Shown here: positions 47,049 through 61,825 of the stretch, piece after piece
Layout: each line of letters begins with the position of its first letter
Numbering within the stretch: the first letter of the stretch is position 1
Assembly: GCA_963775105.1 (NCBI GenBank)
Contig: CAVZHM010000007.1
Location: forward strand, 69,980 to 133,979
DNA from: an uncultured Alphaproteobacteria bacterium
GTDB taxonomy: Bacteria > Pseudomonadota > Alphaproteobacteria > Rhizobiales > Aestuariivirgaceae
Length of the DNA: 64,000 bases
Reading direction: 5' to 3'
The notes under the pieces: generated by a model
What the model saw: the letters and a program-made list of their open reading frames with translations, nothing else
What the model was told of the DNA's origin: nothing
Database searches by the model: none
Made by a program: the position numbers and the translations under genes

Positions 47049-48561
47049 ATGCGCATGTTCCGTCAGTCATTCGCCACGCTTTCCCTCGCCGCAACACTGT
47101 TCATCGGAACGGCCCTGGCCGAAACCGTCAATGTCACCTTCCTGCTCACCAACGACATCTACAAGGTCGACAATACCGCCGAGCGCGGCGGCTTCGCCAG
47201 GCTCAATGCCGTGGTCAAGGCCGAACGCGCCAAGGGCGGCCATGTCATCTATGCCCATGCCGGCGATCTGATCTCGCCCTCGCTGCTCTCTGGTTTCGAC
47301 CAGGGCGAGCACACAATCGCGCTGACCAACATGGCGCCGCCCGATATTTTCACGCCCGGCAACCACGAATACGACTTCGGCGCTGAAGTGTTCATGAAGC
47401 GCATGAAGGAAGCGAAGTTCCCGCTCTTCGCCGCCAATCTGCGCAACGCCGACGGCACAGCCGGTGGAGGGCTTCCAGGACACCATCATCATCGACAAGG
47501 GCGGCGCCAAGATCGGCATTGTCGGCGCCACCGCCGATGACAGCCCGGTGAAATCGAGCCCCGGCGACACGCTCAAGTTCCTGCCGACCGTCGAAACCAC
47601 GGTGGCCGCCGCCAAGGAATTGCGCAAAGCTCGGCGCCGATCTCGTGGTCGCCGTGGTCCACGCCAACCGCGAGGTGGACCGCGCGCTGTTCGAGAGCCG
47701 CGCCATCGACGTGATCCTCACCGGCGACGACCACGACCTCGCGCTGTTCTGGGATGGCCGCACCGCCATGGTGGAATAGCCGCGAGGAAGCCGAGTTCGT
47801 CACCGCCGTCGATGTGAAGTTCGACATCGAGGAGAAGGACGGCAAGCGCACCGTGAAGTGGTTCCCCAATTTCCGCATCATCGACACGGCGACCGTAACG
47901 CCCGATCCCGAAACCCAGGCCAAGGTCGACGAATACAATGGCCTGCTTTCAACGGAACTCGACGTCGCAGTCGGCACCACCACTGAACCACTGGACAGCC
48001 GCAAGGCCAGCGTGCGCACCGGCGAGGCGGCGATCGGCAATTTGATCGCCGATGCGACGCGCGAAGCGGTGGGCGCCGATATCGGCATCACCAATGGCGG
48101 CGGCATTCGCGGCAACAAGGAATACCCGGCGGGAACCAAACTCACCCGCCGCGATATCCTGACCGAACTGCCCTTCGGCAACCGGACGGTGAAGATCGAA
48201 GTGACCGGCGAGACCGTCTGGGCGGCGCTCGAGAACGGCTTCAGCGAAGTCGAAAACGCTCAGGGCCGCTTCCCGCAGGTCTCGGGCCTCACGGTTGAAG
48301 TCGATCTGACCAAGCCCAAGGGCGAGCGCGTGACCTCGGTCATGATCGGCGGCAAGCCGCTCGACAAGGCGGCGACCTACACGCTCGTCCACCAACGATT
48401 ACATGTATGGCGGCGGCGACGGCTACACGGTGCTGAAGAGCGGCAAGCCGCTGTTCGGCGTGCGCGATGCCAAGCTGATGGCCAATGACGTGATGGCCTA
48501 CATCACCGCAAAGGGCACCATCGCCCCCAAGGTCGAAGGCCGCATCAAGATGAAGATGTAG
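47049..48561 (+). CDS. Periplasmic bifunctional metallophosphatase/5'-nucleotidase
   Basis: Signal peptide, LTNDIY, HAGDLISPS, GNHEYDFG, NGGGIRG and RFPQVSG; frameshifts. Confidence 0.9.
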
Positions 48562-48600
48562 TCCCTTCACGCCACTTCTGTTCGCCGCTACAAGGCGGGG

Positions 48601-50395
48601 ATGGTCACCAAGAAAACCCTCCCCGCCTCTCCCCTCGCCCTCCTCCGCGCTGAATTGAAGAAGCGCAAGCTTGCCGGGTTCATCGTTCCGCGCCAGGATG
48701 AATTCCAGGGCGAGTATGTCGCGGCCTATGCCGAGCGGCTGAAATGGCTGACAGGCTTTGCCGGCTCGTGGGGCCTCGCTATTGTTGCCGCGAAAAAGGC
48801 GGCGATTTTCGTCGATGGCCGCTACACCATTCAGGTGCGCCAGCAAGTGAATGTGAAGGATTTCGAGCCCCAGCACCTGACCGAGCAGCCGCCGACCGCA
48901 TGGATCGCCAGGAATTTCAAAAAGGGCGACGCACTGGGCTTCGATCCATGGCTGGTGACGGCCAGCGAAGCCAGACGTTTTGCCGAGGCCTGCGCCAAGG
49001 TGGGCGCGAGACTGGTGCCGGTCACGTCGAACCCCGTTGATGCGGTGTGGCAGGACCAGCCGACAAGGCCCACGGCGGCGATCACCACCCAGCCCACGCA
49101 GTTCGCCGGAAGCAGTGCCGCCGACAAGCTGAAAGATATGGCGAAGGCGATTGGCGGCAACGACGCCGTGGTGCTGACGCAGCCTGACTCGGTCGCCTGG
49201 GTGTTCAATCTGCGCGGCTTCGACGTGCCCTACACGCCGGTCGTTTCCGCCTATGCCATCCTGCACAGGAAGGGCAAGGCGGAACTGTTCATCGATGCGC
49301 GCCAAGGTGCCGGAAGATGTGCGAGATCATCTGAAACGCATCGCTGTGGTGCGCAAGCCTGCGGAAATTGCAGCCGCGCTCAAGACTCTCGGCAAGTCGA
49401 AGGCGACGGTGCAGATCGACACCGGCTCGGCGCCGGAGGCCATTCGCGCCGCGCTGGCAAAGTCCGGTGCAAAAATCGCCACCGGCGCCGACCCTTGCGT
49501 GTTGCCCAAGGCACGCAAGAACAGTGTCGAACAGGAAGGCGCGCGCGCCGCCCAGCGCCGCGATGGCGCCGCCGTTTCGCGCTTCCTGTGCTGGCTCGAA
49601 GCCACGGCACCCAAGGGCGAACTCACCGAACTGAAAGTGGCGGACAAGCTTGAAGCCTTCCGCAAGGAGACGGGCCAGCTTCTCGATCTTTCCTTCGATA
49701 CGATTTCGGCGGCGGGCCCCAACGCGGCAATCCCGCACTACAGCGTGTCGGAGGAGTCGAGCCGTCCGCTCAAGCGCGATCAAATCTTCCTGGTTGATTC
49801 CGGCGCCCAGTATCAGGACGGCACCACCGACATCACCCGCACGGTGATTGTCGGAACGCCGACAGCGGAAATGCAGGACCGTTTCACCCGCGTATTGAAA
49901 GGCATGATCGGCATTTCGCGCCTGCGCTTTCCGAAAGGCACCTGCGGCTCGCAGATCGATGCGCTGGCCCGCCAGCATTTGTGGGCGGCAGGGCTCGACT
50001 ATGATCACGGCACCGGCCACGGCGTCGGCTCCTATCTTTCAGTGCATGAAGGCCCGGCCCGCATCAACAAGTCCGACCGCACGCCGCTGGAAGCGGGCAT
50101 GATCCTGTCCAACGAGCCGGGCTTCTACAAGCAGGACGATTTCGGCATCCGCATCGAAAACCTGTTGCTGGTGCATGAAGCCAAGGTGATTGACGGCGGG
50201 GACCGCCCGATGCTCGGCTTCGAAACCCTGACGCTTGCCCCCATCGAGCGGCGGTTGATCAACCGGCATCTACTGACCAAGGACGAAGTGCTGTGGATCG
50301 ACGCCTATCACGCCCGCGTGCTCGATGAAGTGGGCGATTTGCTGAAGGGCGACGAACTGGCGTGGCTGAAGGAGGTGTGCGCGGCGATTGAGTGA
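48601..50395 (+). CDS. Aminopeptidase P (M24B)
   Basis: DEFQGEYV, LTGFAGSWG, DSGAQYQDGTTDITRT, HGTGHGVG, HEGP and NEPGFY. Confidence 0.93.
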
Positions 50396-50400
50396 GGATG

Positions 50401-50480
50401 CTTCGAGGCTTGCTCCGCTCGCACCTCAGCACGAGGAACACCCTCACCCTGAGGTGCCCTGCGAAGCAGGGCCTCGAAGG
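50401..50480. repeat. REP/RIME-like palindromic intergenic element
   Basis: Nested inverted arms CTTCGAGGC/GCCTCGAAG and GCACCTCAG/CTGAGGTGC, with a GCCCTGC-gaa-GCAGGGC hairpin, between convergent genes. Confidence 0.7.
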
Positions 50481-50486
50481 GCAATT

Positions 50487-52592
<2,106 letters not shown>

Positions 52593-52593
52593 C

Positions 52594-54266
52594 TCAGGCG
52601 CGGCCCTGCAGCAGCTCCGCCGCCTGCGCGCGCGCCGCATCCGTCACCTGCGCGCCCGACAGCATGCGGGCGATTTCCTCGCGGCGGCTTTGGGCGGAAA
52701 GGGCCTGCACGCGGGTGACCATGCGCGCTTGCCCGTCACCTCTTCCATCTTGGAAATCAGCATGTGTTCGGAGGCCCGCGCCGCGACTTGCGGAGAATGC
52801 GTGACGGCCAGCACCTGCAAGCCATCGGCGAGGCGCGACAGCCTGCCACCAATGGCATCGGCCACGGCGCCGCCAACGCCCGTGTCGATTTCATCGAAGA
52901 TCAGCGTCGGCGCCGAACCCTTGGCGGCCAGCACCACTTTCAGCGCCAGCATGAAGCGCGCCAGCTCGCCGCCCGACGCCACTTTCATCAATGGCGCCAG
53001 CGGCGTTCCCGGATTGGCGGCCACCATGAATTCGATGCGGTCAATGCCGTGGGTGCCGGGCTTTCCGGCATCGGTGTCGATTTTCGATTCGAATCGGGCG
53101 CGTTCGAGCTTCAGAGGCGGAAGCTCGGCCAGCACCGCCTTGTCCAGCCCCTTGGCGGCTTTGCGGCGCTTGTCGGAAAGTTTTTCGGCCGCCTGATCGA
53201 AGGCCGCCTGCGCCGCCTTCCATGCCGCTTCCAGCGCTTTCAATTTCGCGCCGCCATCGCTGATCGCCTGCAACTCGTCCTCGAAGCGCTGGCGCACATG
53301 GGCGAGCGTATCGACCGTGGATTTGTATTTGCGCGCCGCCGCCCGGAGCGCGAACAGCCGCTCTTCGGATTTCTCCAGTTCCTTGGGATCGAAAGTAAAG
53401 GACCGCCGCGCTTCGGAAATCGCCCGGTCGGCTTCGGTCATTTCGGCGAGCACCCGGTCCAGGGCCGCGCACACTGCATCAAGCCTGCCACCCGCCGTTT
53501 CGCGGCGGCGTTCGAGCTTGCGCAGGGCCGCGTTGAGGCGGGCCGCCGTGGTGCCGTCTCCCGCCAGCGCATCGTCGGCTTCATTCAGGGCATCGGCATA
53601 TTGTTCAGACGACATCATGAGGGCGCGGGCTTCGGCAAGCTTCGCTTCTTCGCCTTCGACGGGATCGAGCGCCCGCAGTTCCTCGAGCGCGTGTTCAAGA
53701 TAGTCGCGCTCGGCCTCGGCCCGGGCCATCAGCGCGCGGTGGTCTTCCAGTGCCGCTTGTGCCGCACTGGCCGTGGACCACAGCCGCCCCACATCGTCCG
53801 CCAGCCCTTCCAGCCCGCCGAAAGCGTCGAGCAAGCGGCGATGGGCCGACACCTCGACCAGGGCGCGGTCGGCATGCTGGCCATGGATTTCGGCAAGCGT
53901 TCCGGCGATCTGCCGCAACAGGTTGAGCGACACCGGCTGATCGTTGATCGACGCGCGGCTTGGTCCATCAGCATTCTGAATGCGGCGGATGACCAGTTCG
54001 CCATCGCCATCGATGCCCTGTTCTTTCAGCAGCGCAAACACCGCATGGGACTTCGGCAACGCGAATGCGGCGGTTACCACGCCACGCTCAGCGCCCGCCC
54101 GCACCAGGCTCGAATCGCCCCGCGCGCCCAGCGCCAGGCCGAGGCTGTCGAGCAGAATGGATTTCCCCGCCCCGGTTTCGCCGGTGAGCACGGTGAGGCC
54201 CTTTTCGAGGCTGATATCGAGCTTCTCGATCAGGACGATGTCGCGGATGGAAAGGGCGGTCAGCAT
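52594..54266 (-). CDS. recN: DNA repair protein RecN
   Basis: [37 protein letters not shown] and VTHSPQVAA. Confidence 0.96.
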
Positions 54267-54318
54267 GGGCAGACTCTATAGCGAACAAAACAAGAATCAA
54301 GCCCGTCTGGAATGAAAT

Positions 54319-55224
54319 CTAAAGCGCCAGCGAGCGCCTGACCGGCAGGGTCTGGACATTGGCCGGTCCCGGGCCCTCGTTGCGGCGGGGGGACGCCACC
54401 GGGCCAAGGCCGTCGAGATAGCCCGTATCGAAACTCTTTTGGTAAACCGGGAATTCCGTGGGCCGGTCGCGGAACGTCTTGGCCATCTGGCCGAGGCCAC
54501 GAATGCCGCGTTCCCGCGAGCGCCGCACCTGTTCGAGGTCGATTTCGATGGGGATGATCTGCTCGGTGGCGTCGGCCTGATGCAGCTTCCGGCCATTGGG
54601 ATCGAACACCGCCGACTGGCCATTGCCGCCGGCTCCCAGCCCGTTGATGTCGAAGACATAGCACTGCATGGTGGCGCTGGTGGCGTGGGCGATGGTGAGG
54701 TCGATATCGCGATCGATGGTGTGGGTCATCACCGGATGGAGAATGACCTCCGCCCCCATGGCGGTAAGCTGCCGCGCCGTCTCCGGGAACCAGATGTCAT
54801 AGCAGTTCAGGATTCCGAAGCGGCCCACGCCGTCGATATCCCACACAAAGAATTCATCGCCCGCCTGCACGCCCTGCTCCAGCGGCGTGAACGGAAACAT
54901 CTTGGCATAACGGCCCACGACATCGCCATCGGGGTTGATGATCGACGTGGTGTTATAGATGCCGCCGTCGCGGCGCTCATACATCGAGCCGTTGATGAGC
55001 CAGATCTTGTGGTGGCGGGCCATCGCCTGGAATTCCTGCTCCACGGCACCCGGCAGCGGCTGGGCATGGTGCAGCATCGGGCCGAAAGCCGCCAATTCCG
55101 AAAACACCACCATATGCACCCAAGGATAAAGGTGCAGTGTCAGATCAATGCGATGCCGCATGGCCTCCACATTCGAATGGTGGCCCAGATTCATCTGGAT
55201 GCCGGCAATGGCAAATGGCGTCAT
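54319..55224 (-). CDS. Carbon-nitrogen hydrolase (nitrilase superfamily)
   Basis: Glu-Lys-Cys triad contexts VFSELAAF, YAKMFP and NCYDIWFPE. Confidence 0.88.
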   Translation of the reverse strand: MTPFAIAGIQMNLGHHSNVEAMRHRIDLTLHLYPWVHMVVFSELAAFGPMLHHAQPLPGAVEQEFQAMARHHKIWLINGSMYERRDGGIYNTTSIINPDGDVVGRYAKMFPFTPLEQGVQAGDEFFVWDIDGVGRFGILNCYDIWFPETARQLTAMGAEVILHPVMTHTIDRDIDLTIAHATSATMQCYVFDINGLGAGGNGQSAVFDPNGRKLHQADATEQIIPIEIDLEQVRRSRERGIRGLGQMAKTFRDRPTEFPVYQKSFDTGYLDGLGPVASPRRNEGPGPANVQTLPVRRSLAL

Positions 55225-55328
55225 GATGCCCTTGTTTCCATCGAGGCAACAATCTTGCCCCAGATTCTTGCAGTTTACCCGATTGCGGCGCCTAGAATGC
55301 AAACGACCGTCTGACGTAGGGCTAACCC

Positions 55329-56456
55329 ATGAACATTTACAATCCGGTTGCCGAGCTTGCCGCAAATGTGGCCGTGCCCTTCGCGCAGGCCCACGCCATG
55401 CCCAAGAGCGTTTACACCTCTGAAGCCTTTCTCGCGGCCGAGCTTGAGCATGTGTTCAAGAAGGAATGGTACTGCATCGGCCGAGCCGACGGCCTGGCGA
55501 AACCCGGCGACTACGCAACCTTCGAACTCGCTGGTCAGCCATTGATGGTGATGCGCAATGGCGACGGCACGTTGCATGCCCAATCCAATGTCTGCCTGCA
55601 CCGCATGTCGGTGCTGCTCGAAGGCCGCGGCAACAGAAGGGCAATCACCTGCCCCTATCACGGCTGGACCTACAACACCGACGGAACATTGCGCGGCGCC
55701 CCGGCCATGACCCGCAATGAAGGCTTCTGCAAGGAGCACTACCGCCTGCCGCAGGTGCGCTGTGAAACCTGGCTCGGATGGGTGTTTGTGACGCTGAATC
55801 CGGAGGCTCCTCCGGTGTCGCGGCATTTCACCGATGTGGAAGCGCTGATCGCCCCCTATGGCATGACCAACTACACCGAATGGTTCAACGAGACTTTCGT
55901 GTGGAACACCAACTGGAAGGTGCTGGCCGAGAATTTCATGGAGAGCTACCACCTGCCGGTGTGCCACGCCGGCACCATTGGCGGATTGTCGAAGCTCGAC
56001 GAAATGGTGTGCGAGCCGAGCCCGCCCAATTTCAACTATCATACGATCCTCAAGGAGCCGCACTTCAAGATCGCCTGCGCCCACGACACCAACACCCGCA
56101 TGCAAGGCGACATCCGCCGCACCACCTTCCTGCTGGCGCTCTATCCCAGCCTGCTGATCACTTTGACACCCGGCTATTTCTGGTACCTGTCGCTCCACCC
56201 CAAGGGCGTCGACCACGTGCACGTCACCTTCGGCGGCGGCATGTGCAACGATTTCCTCAATGACGCCGATGTCACCGAACACTTCAACACGGTGAAGGCG
56301 CTGCTCGACAAGGTGAACATCGAAGACAAGGGTTGCACCGAGAAAGTCTACAAGGGCCTGTGTTCGGAGCTCGCCGTCCCCAGGGCACCTGTCGCACCTC
56401 GAAAGACCAAATTATGATTTCGCGACGTATCTTGTCGCGGGAAAGTTTCGGTTAAC
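55329..56456 (+). CDS. Rieske non-heme iron oxygenase alpha subunit (betaine/choline-type group); 3' end approximate
   Basis: NVCLHR, CPYHGW, NWKVLAENFMESYHLPVCH and ED motif; frameshift near 56385. Confidence 0.88.
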
Positions 56457-56470
56457 TCGGACGGCCAATT

Positions 56471-56552
56471 CGTCATGCCGAACTTGTTCCCGCCACCCGT
56501 CACTCCCAAAGGTCCCATGGCAGCCATGGGTCCCGGACTTGCCGGGATGACG
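56471..56552. repeat. Degenerate REP-like palindromic element
   Basis: CGTCAT...ATGACG termini with internal hairpins CCCATGG-cag-CCATGGG and TCCCGG...CCGGGA. Confidence 0.55.
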
Positions 56553-56574
56553 GCATCAGTAGCAATCATCCCAT

Positions 56575-59500
56575 CTAAAAATCCTGCACGTCCACCACGC
56601 CATCAATCGCCTTGATGGCGCCTTTGATTTGCGGGGTGATGGTGAATTTGTTGCCAAGGGCGAGTTCGACCTCGCGGCCTTTGTCCTGCAGGAACACCAG
56701 CCGCACCGGCGCGCGGCCGCCGTTCGCCAGGCGCGTGGCGATCGACTTCAAGCGGTTTAGCATCGCGCACGAAGATGGTGAGGCCGGTGATCATGGTGGC
56801 GGCAGCCTTGTCGAGCACCTCCACACCCTGAAGCCTGAGTTTCACCTCCTCGCCCTCGACATCGGCTTCAACCCGCACAATCACCGCTTTGCCGGGCTCC
56901 AGCAAATCGCGCGTCACCGCCAGCGTATCGGAAAAACAGATGGCTTCGAACTGGCCAGTCGGATCCGAGAATCCGACAAAGGCAAATTTGTTGCCGGATT
57001 TCGAGCGCCGCTCCTGGCGATGGGTGACGGTGCCTGCGAGCTTCGCTGCCGTTGCACCCTTGGTCAGCGCCTTTTCCTGGAACGATGCCCAGGTATCGAC
57101 TCCAAGTTTCTGTAACGGTTTCATGTAGTCATCGAGTGGATGGCCCGAGAGATAAAAGCCAACGGCCTCAAATTCCTGCGCCAGCTTTTCCATGGCAAGC
57201 CAAGCATCGCGGCGCGGCAGGACGAGTTCGTCGGAGGCGCTCTGAATTCCGCCGAACAGATCGTTCTGGCCCGCCTCCGCCGCCGATGTCGTGCGGTTGG
57301 CCATGGCGAGAATGGACTCGACCGCATCGAGAACCTGCGCCCGGTTGGGGTTCAGTGCATCAAAGGCCCCGGCCTTCGCCATGCTTTCCAGCGCCCGCTT
57401 GTTCATCATGCGGGCATCGACGCGCTTGGCGAAATCTCCAACCGATTTGAATGCCCCACCATCCTCCCGCACCTTCACCAGATGTTCGACGGCTCCGGCA
57501 CCAACATTCTTCAGCGCCGCCAACGAATAGAGCACCGCGCCCTCGCGCACCGCGAAATCAACGCCACTGGCATTGACCGACGGCGGCACCATCTTGACGC
57601 CCACCCTCAGCGCCTCGCGCCGGAACAACATGAGCTTGTCGGTGTTGCCCATGTCGAGCGTCATCGACGCCGCCAGAAACTCGACCGGATGGTTGGCTTT
57701 GAGCCACGCCGTCTGATAGGCGACAACCGCATAGGCCGCGGCGTGTGATTTGTTGAAGCCGTAGCCCGCGAATTTTGCCACGAGTTCGAAGATGAAATCG
57801 GCGCGCTCGCCATGAATGCCGTTGCCGGCGGCACCCTTGACAAAATCCGCCTTCTGGGCGTCCATCTCCGCTTTGATCTTCTTGCCCATGGCGCGGCGCA
57901 GGAGGTCGGCTTGTCCCAGCGAGTAGCCCGAGAGCACCTGGGCGATCTGCATCACCTGTTCCTGATAGACCATGATGCCGTAGGTCTCTTTCAGGATGGG
58001 CTCGAGCAACGGGTGCAGATAGTCCGGTTGTTCCTCGCCCTTCTTGCAGGCGATGAAGCGCGGGATATTGTCCATGGGGCCGGGGCGATACAGCGCCACG
58101 ATGGCGATGATGTCCTCGATACAAGTCGGCGTGCATTTTCTTCAGCACGTCGCGCATGCCGGAGCTTTCCAGCTGGAACACCCCCACCGTATCGCCATGG
58201 CCCAGCATGTCGTAGGTCTTCGCGTCGTCGTAGGGAATGCGGTCGATATCGAAGGAAGGCTCGCGCAGGCGAATGAAATTTTGTGCCTTCTCGATGACCG
58301 TCAGCGTCTTGAGACCGAGGAAGTCGAACTTTACCAGCCCCGCCTTTTCGACATATTTCATGTTGAACTGGGTGGCCGGAATGGCCGAGCGCGGGTCGCG
58401 GTAGAGCGGCACCAGTTCGTCGAGCGGCCGGTCGCCGATGACGATGCCCGCAGCATGGGTCGAGGCGTTGCGGTTCAGGCCCTCAAGCTTGAGGGCGATC
58501 TCAAACAGATGGCGCACCACCGGGTCGCGGTCGCGTTCTTCTTGAAGCTTCGGCTCGCTCTCGATGGCCTGTGCCAGTGTCACCGGGATTGGCTGGATTC
58601 ATTGGAATAAGTTTCGACAGCCGGTCGACCTGGCCATAGGGCATCTGCAACACGCGGCCCACGTCGCGCGTCACCATGCGGGCCTGCAATTTGCCGAAGG
58701 TGATGATCTGCGCCACGCGGTCCCGCCCGTGGCGCTCCTGCACATAGGAGATCACTTCGTCGCGCCGGTCCTGGCAGAAGTCGATATCGAAGTCCGGCAT
58801 CGACACGCGTTCGGGATTGAGGAAGCGTTCGAACAGCAGGTTGAAGCGGAAGGGATCAAGATCGGTGATGGTGAGCGCATAGGCCACCATCGAACCCGCA
58901 CCCGAGCCGCGCCCCGGCCCCACTGGAATGCCCTTTGACTTGGCGTACCGGATGAAGTCGGCGACAATCAGGAAGTAACCCGGAAACTCCATCGTGACGA
59001 TGACATCGAGTTCGAAGTCGAGACGCGACACATAGTCCTCGCGCAGCCGTCCTTCGGAGAGCCCGCGCGACGCCAGCCGCTGCACAAGCCCCTCATGGGC
59101 CTGGCGGCGCAATAGGTCGCCCTCGTCACCCTCAGCAAAGCGCGGCAGAATGGGCTTGCGCGATGGGACCTGAAAGGCGCAGCGCCTGGCAATCTCGACG
59201 GTGTTCTCAATTGCTTCGGGCAAGTCCGCGAACAGCGCCGCCATGGCCGCCGCCGGCTTGAAATAGTGTTCGGGCGTTAACCGCCGCCGGTCCTCGGCGG
59301 CGATCACCTCGCCCTCGGCAATGCAGATCAGCGCGTCATGCGCGGCATAATCGTCGGGCTTGGCGAAATAACATTCGTTGGTGGCAACCAGCGGAATGTC
59401 GAGCTCATAGGCGAGTTCCACCAATCCCGGTTCTGCCGTGCGTTCGGCCTCGGTGCCATGGCGCTGCAATTCGATATAAAGCCTGTCTCCGAACACATCG

Positions 59501-60019
59501 CGCAAGCCGCAACAGCCGTTGCCGGGCCAGCGTCATCTGCCCCGCCACCAGCGCCTCGTTGATCGGCCCCGATGGGCCACCGGTCAGGCAGATCAGCCCT
59601 TGCGAGTGCGCCGCGAGATCTTCAACGCTCACATGCGGCTCGGCACTGTCGGGCGAGTCGAGATAGGCATGGCTCGACAGCTTCATGAGATTGCCGTAGC
59701 CCGCCTCGTCCTTGGCGATCAGCGCCAGAGATGGCACGCGCTTCAGTCCCGTCTGCTGCTTCTGCGGGCCGTCCTTGGCGGGCTCGTCAATTTCGCATTT
59801 GAGGGTACAGCCGATGATCGGCTGCACACCTTTCTCGGCGGCGGCTTCAGAGAATTCCAGCGCGCCAAACAGGTTTCCCGTATCGGTGATGGCCAGCGCC
59901 GGCATCTTCTGCTCCTTGGCCAGATTGGCCATGAGCTTGATCGGCAACGCGCCTTCGCTCAGCGAATACGCCGAGTGGGTGCGGAGGTGGATGAATGTAA
60001 CGCCTGCTGAGTCTGCCAC
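56575..60019 (-). CDS. dnaE: DNA polymerase III alpha subunit
   Basis: [13 protein letters not shown] domain, [39 protein letters not shown] and an OB fold; frameshifts. Confidence 0.96.
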
Positions 60020-60028
60020 GGGCCAAGT

Positions 60029-61135
60029 CTAGCCCGGCTGCGGTTCCGATGCACCATCGGCGTCGGCCACATCCACAGCCTCGTCGGCTTCGGCCTCCGC
60101 AGCGATATCCTCGCGGGCGCCCTCGAACGAAGACAGGAACATCGACAGGTTATCACCCAGATGTTCGGTCAGGTAACCGCCCTCCTGCACGATGACGGTC
60201 GGGAAGATCGAGCGATGCGATGGCCGCCGCCATATTGGCAAACCCGCCTTGGGTTACTGCCCCGCCCTTCAGCGGATCGGCCTCGTGGGCATCGAGCCCC
60301 AGCGCCACCACAAGCCGCCGGGATCGTATTCGAGAATGCGTTCCAGCGCCGTTTCGAGCGCTGCCATCCACACACTGTCACCACTGCGCACCGGCACGGG
60401 CAAGTTCAGATTGAAGCCAATTCCTTCACCCTCGCCCGTCTCGGCGGCGGAACCCCAATAGAATGGGTAGTACTCGGCAGGATCAGCGTGGATCGAAACA
60501 GTCAACACATCGGGCCGCCCGTAGAACAGGGCCTGCGTGCCATTGCCGTGGTGCACATCGATATCGAGTATGGCCACACGCTCATGGGTGGTGCGCAAGT
60601 GTTGCGCGGCGAGCCCAGAGTTATTGAGATAACAGAAGCCACTCGCCCGGTTCACATAGGCATGGTGGCCTGGTGGCCGGCACAAGGCATAGGCCACCGG
60701 ATCACCCTTCAACACAAAGTCCGCTGCCGTCAACGCTGTCCACGCCGAGGCTTGAATGCTTTTCCAGCTATGTTCAGTGAGCGCGCAGGAAAAGTCCATC
60801 AAATGGCGCCCGGCCCTGGCCACGATGTGGGTGCTTTGAAACGCCGGGGCAACCATGGGTCGAAGGCTGACCATCATGTCGGCACCCGCCCCCGGAATGG
60901 CCTTCCAATGCGAGAAGCCGGTCTCGAGAAAGTCCACGTAGCTCTTGGTGTGAAGTTTGACGAGCTTGTCACTGCCGAAACGCCGCGCCGCATGAATTTC
61001 AGCACCAGCCTGACGCGCGCCCTCCAGCAGCCTGCGGGCTCGTTCCGGCGCTTCCGGATAGCTTACGACATTGCCCTGGCTCAGGAAGTTTTTGGGCGCA
61101 TGTGCCAGCTGGGCCGCCGCGAATATCGCTTTCAT
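60029..61135 (-). CDS. Histone deacetylase family (acetylpolyamine amidohydrolase-like) protein
   Basis: [40 protein letters not shown] and QEGGY; acidic tail. Confidence 0.9.
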
Positions 61136-61825
61136 GACAAGTCCCTCTGCGATATGCCCATTGGCAAGACGCGCGATGCGGCTCATGCCTGCCGCCAGTT
61201 CCAGATTATGCGTTGCTACAAGTGCCGCAAGCCCTTCTTCGCGAATGAGCCGCATGAGCTCGTCTTGCACGTGAAGCGCAGTGCCGGGGTCGAGATTGCC
61301 GGTGGGTTCATCGGCCAGCAGCAACAGCGGCCGGTTGGCAATGGCCCGGGCGATCGCCACGCGTTGCTGTTCGCCGCCAGAAAGTTCGGCGGGCCGATGC
61401 TCCATGCGCGAAGCCAAACCCATGCGATCAAGAAGATCTCTGGCACGTTTCATCGCATCCGGCTTGCTCGCTCCGGCGATCAACTGCGGCATTACCACAT
61501 TTTCCAGCGCCGAAAATTCCGGCAACAGATGGTGGAACTGGTAAACAAATCCTATACCAATGCGGCGGATGCGGGTGCGCGACTGGTCGTCGAGCCCCAC
61601 GCAGCGCTGCCCGGCAATCAACACTTCGCCCGCTGTCGGTTTTTCCAGAAGGCCAGCAATATGCAGAAGCGACGACTTGCCCGATCCCGATTGACCAACC
61701 AGCGCTACAATCTCTCCTGGATAAACCGATAGGCTAAGGCCGCTGAAGATGTCGAGCCGCGCTTCACCAGTGCCAAATGACCGGGCGATATTGACGAGTT
61801 CGAGTGCGGGCTGGGCGCCGGCCAT
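61132..61825 (-). CDS. lolD: Lipoprotein-releasing ABC transporter ATP-binding protein
   Basis: [30 protein letters not shown] and ADEPTGNLD. Confidence 0.93.

Noticed and set aside
47770-47790. In-frame TAG inside the 5'-nucleotidase gene (possible readthrough or recoding)
   Set aside because: The protein continues in a different frame right after it, so this is an indel and not stop-codon reassignment. TAG is used as a normal stop elsewhere in the window.
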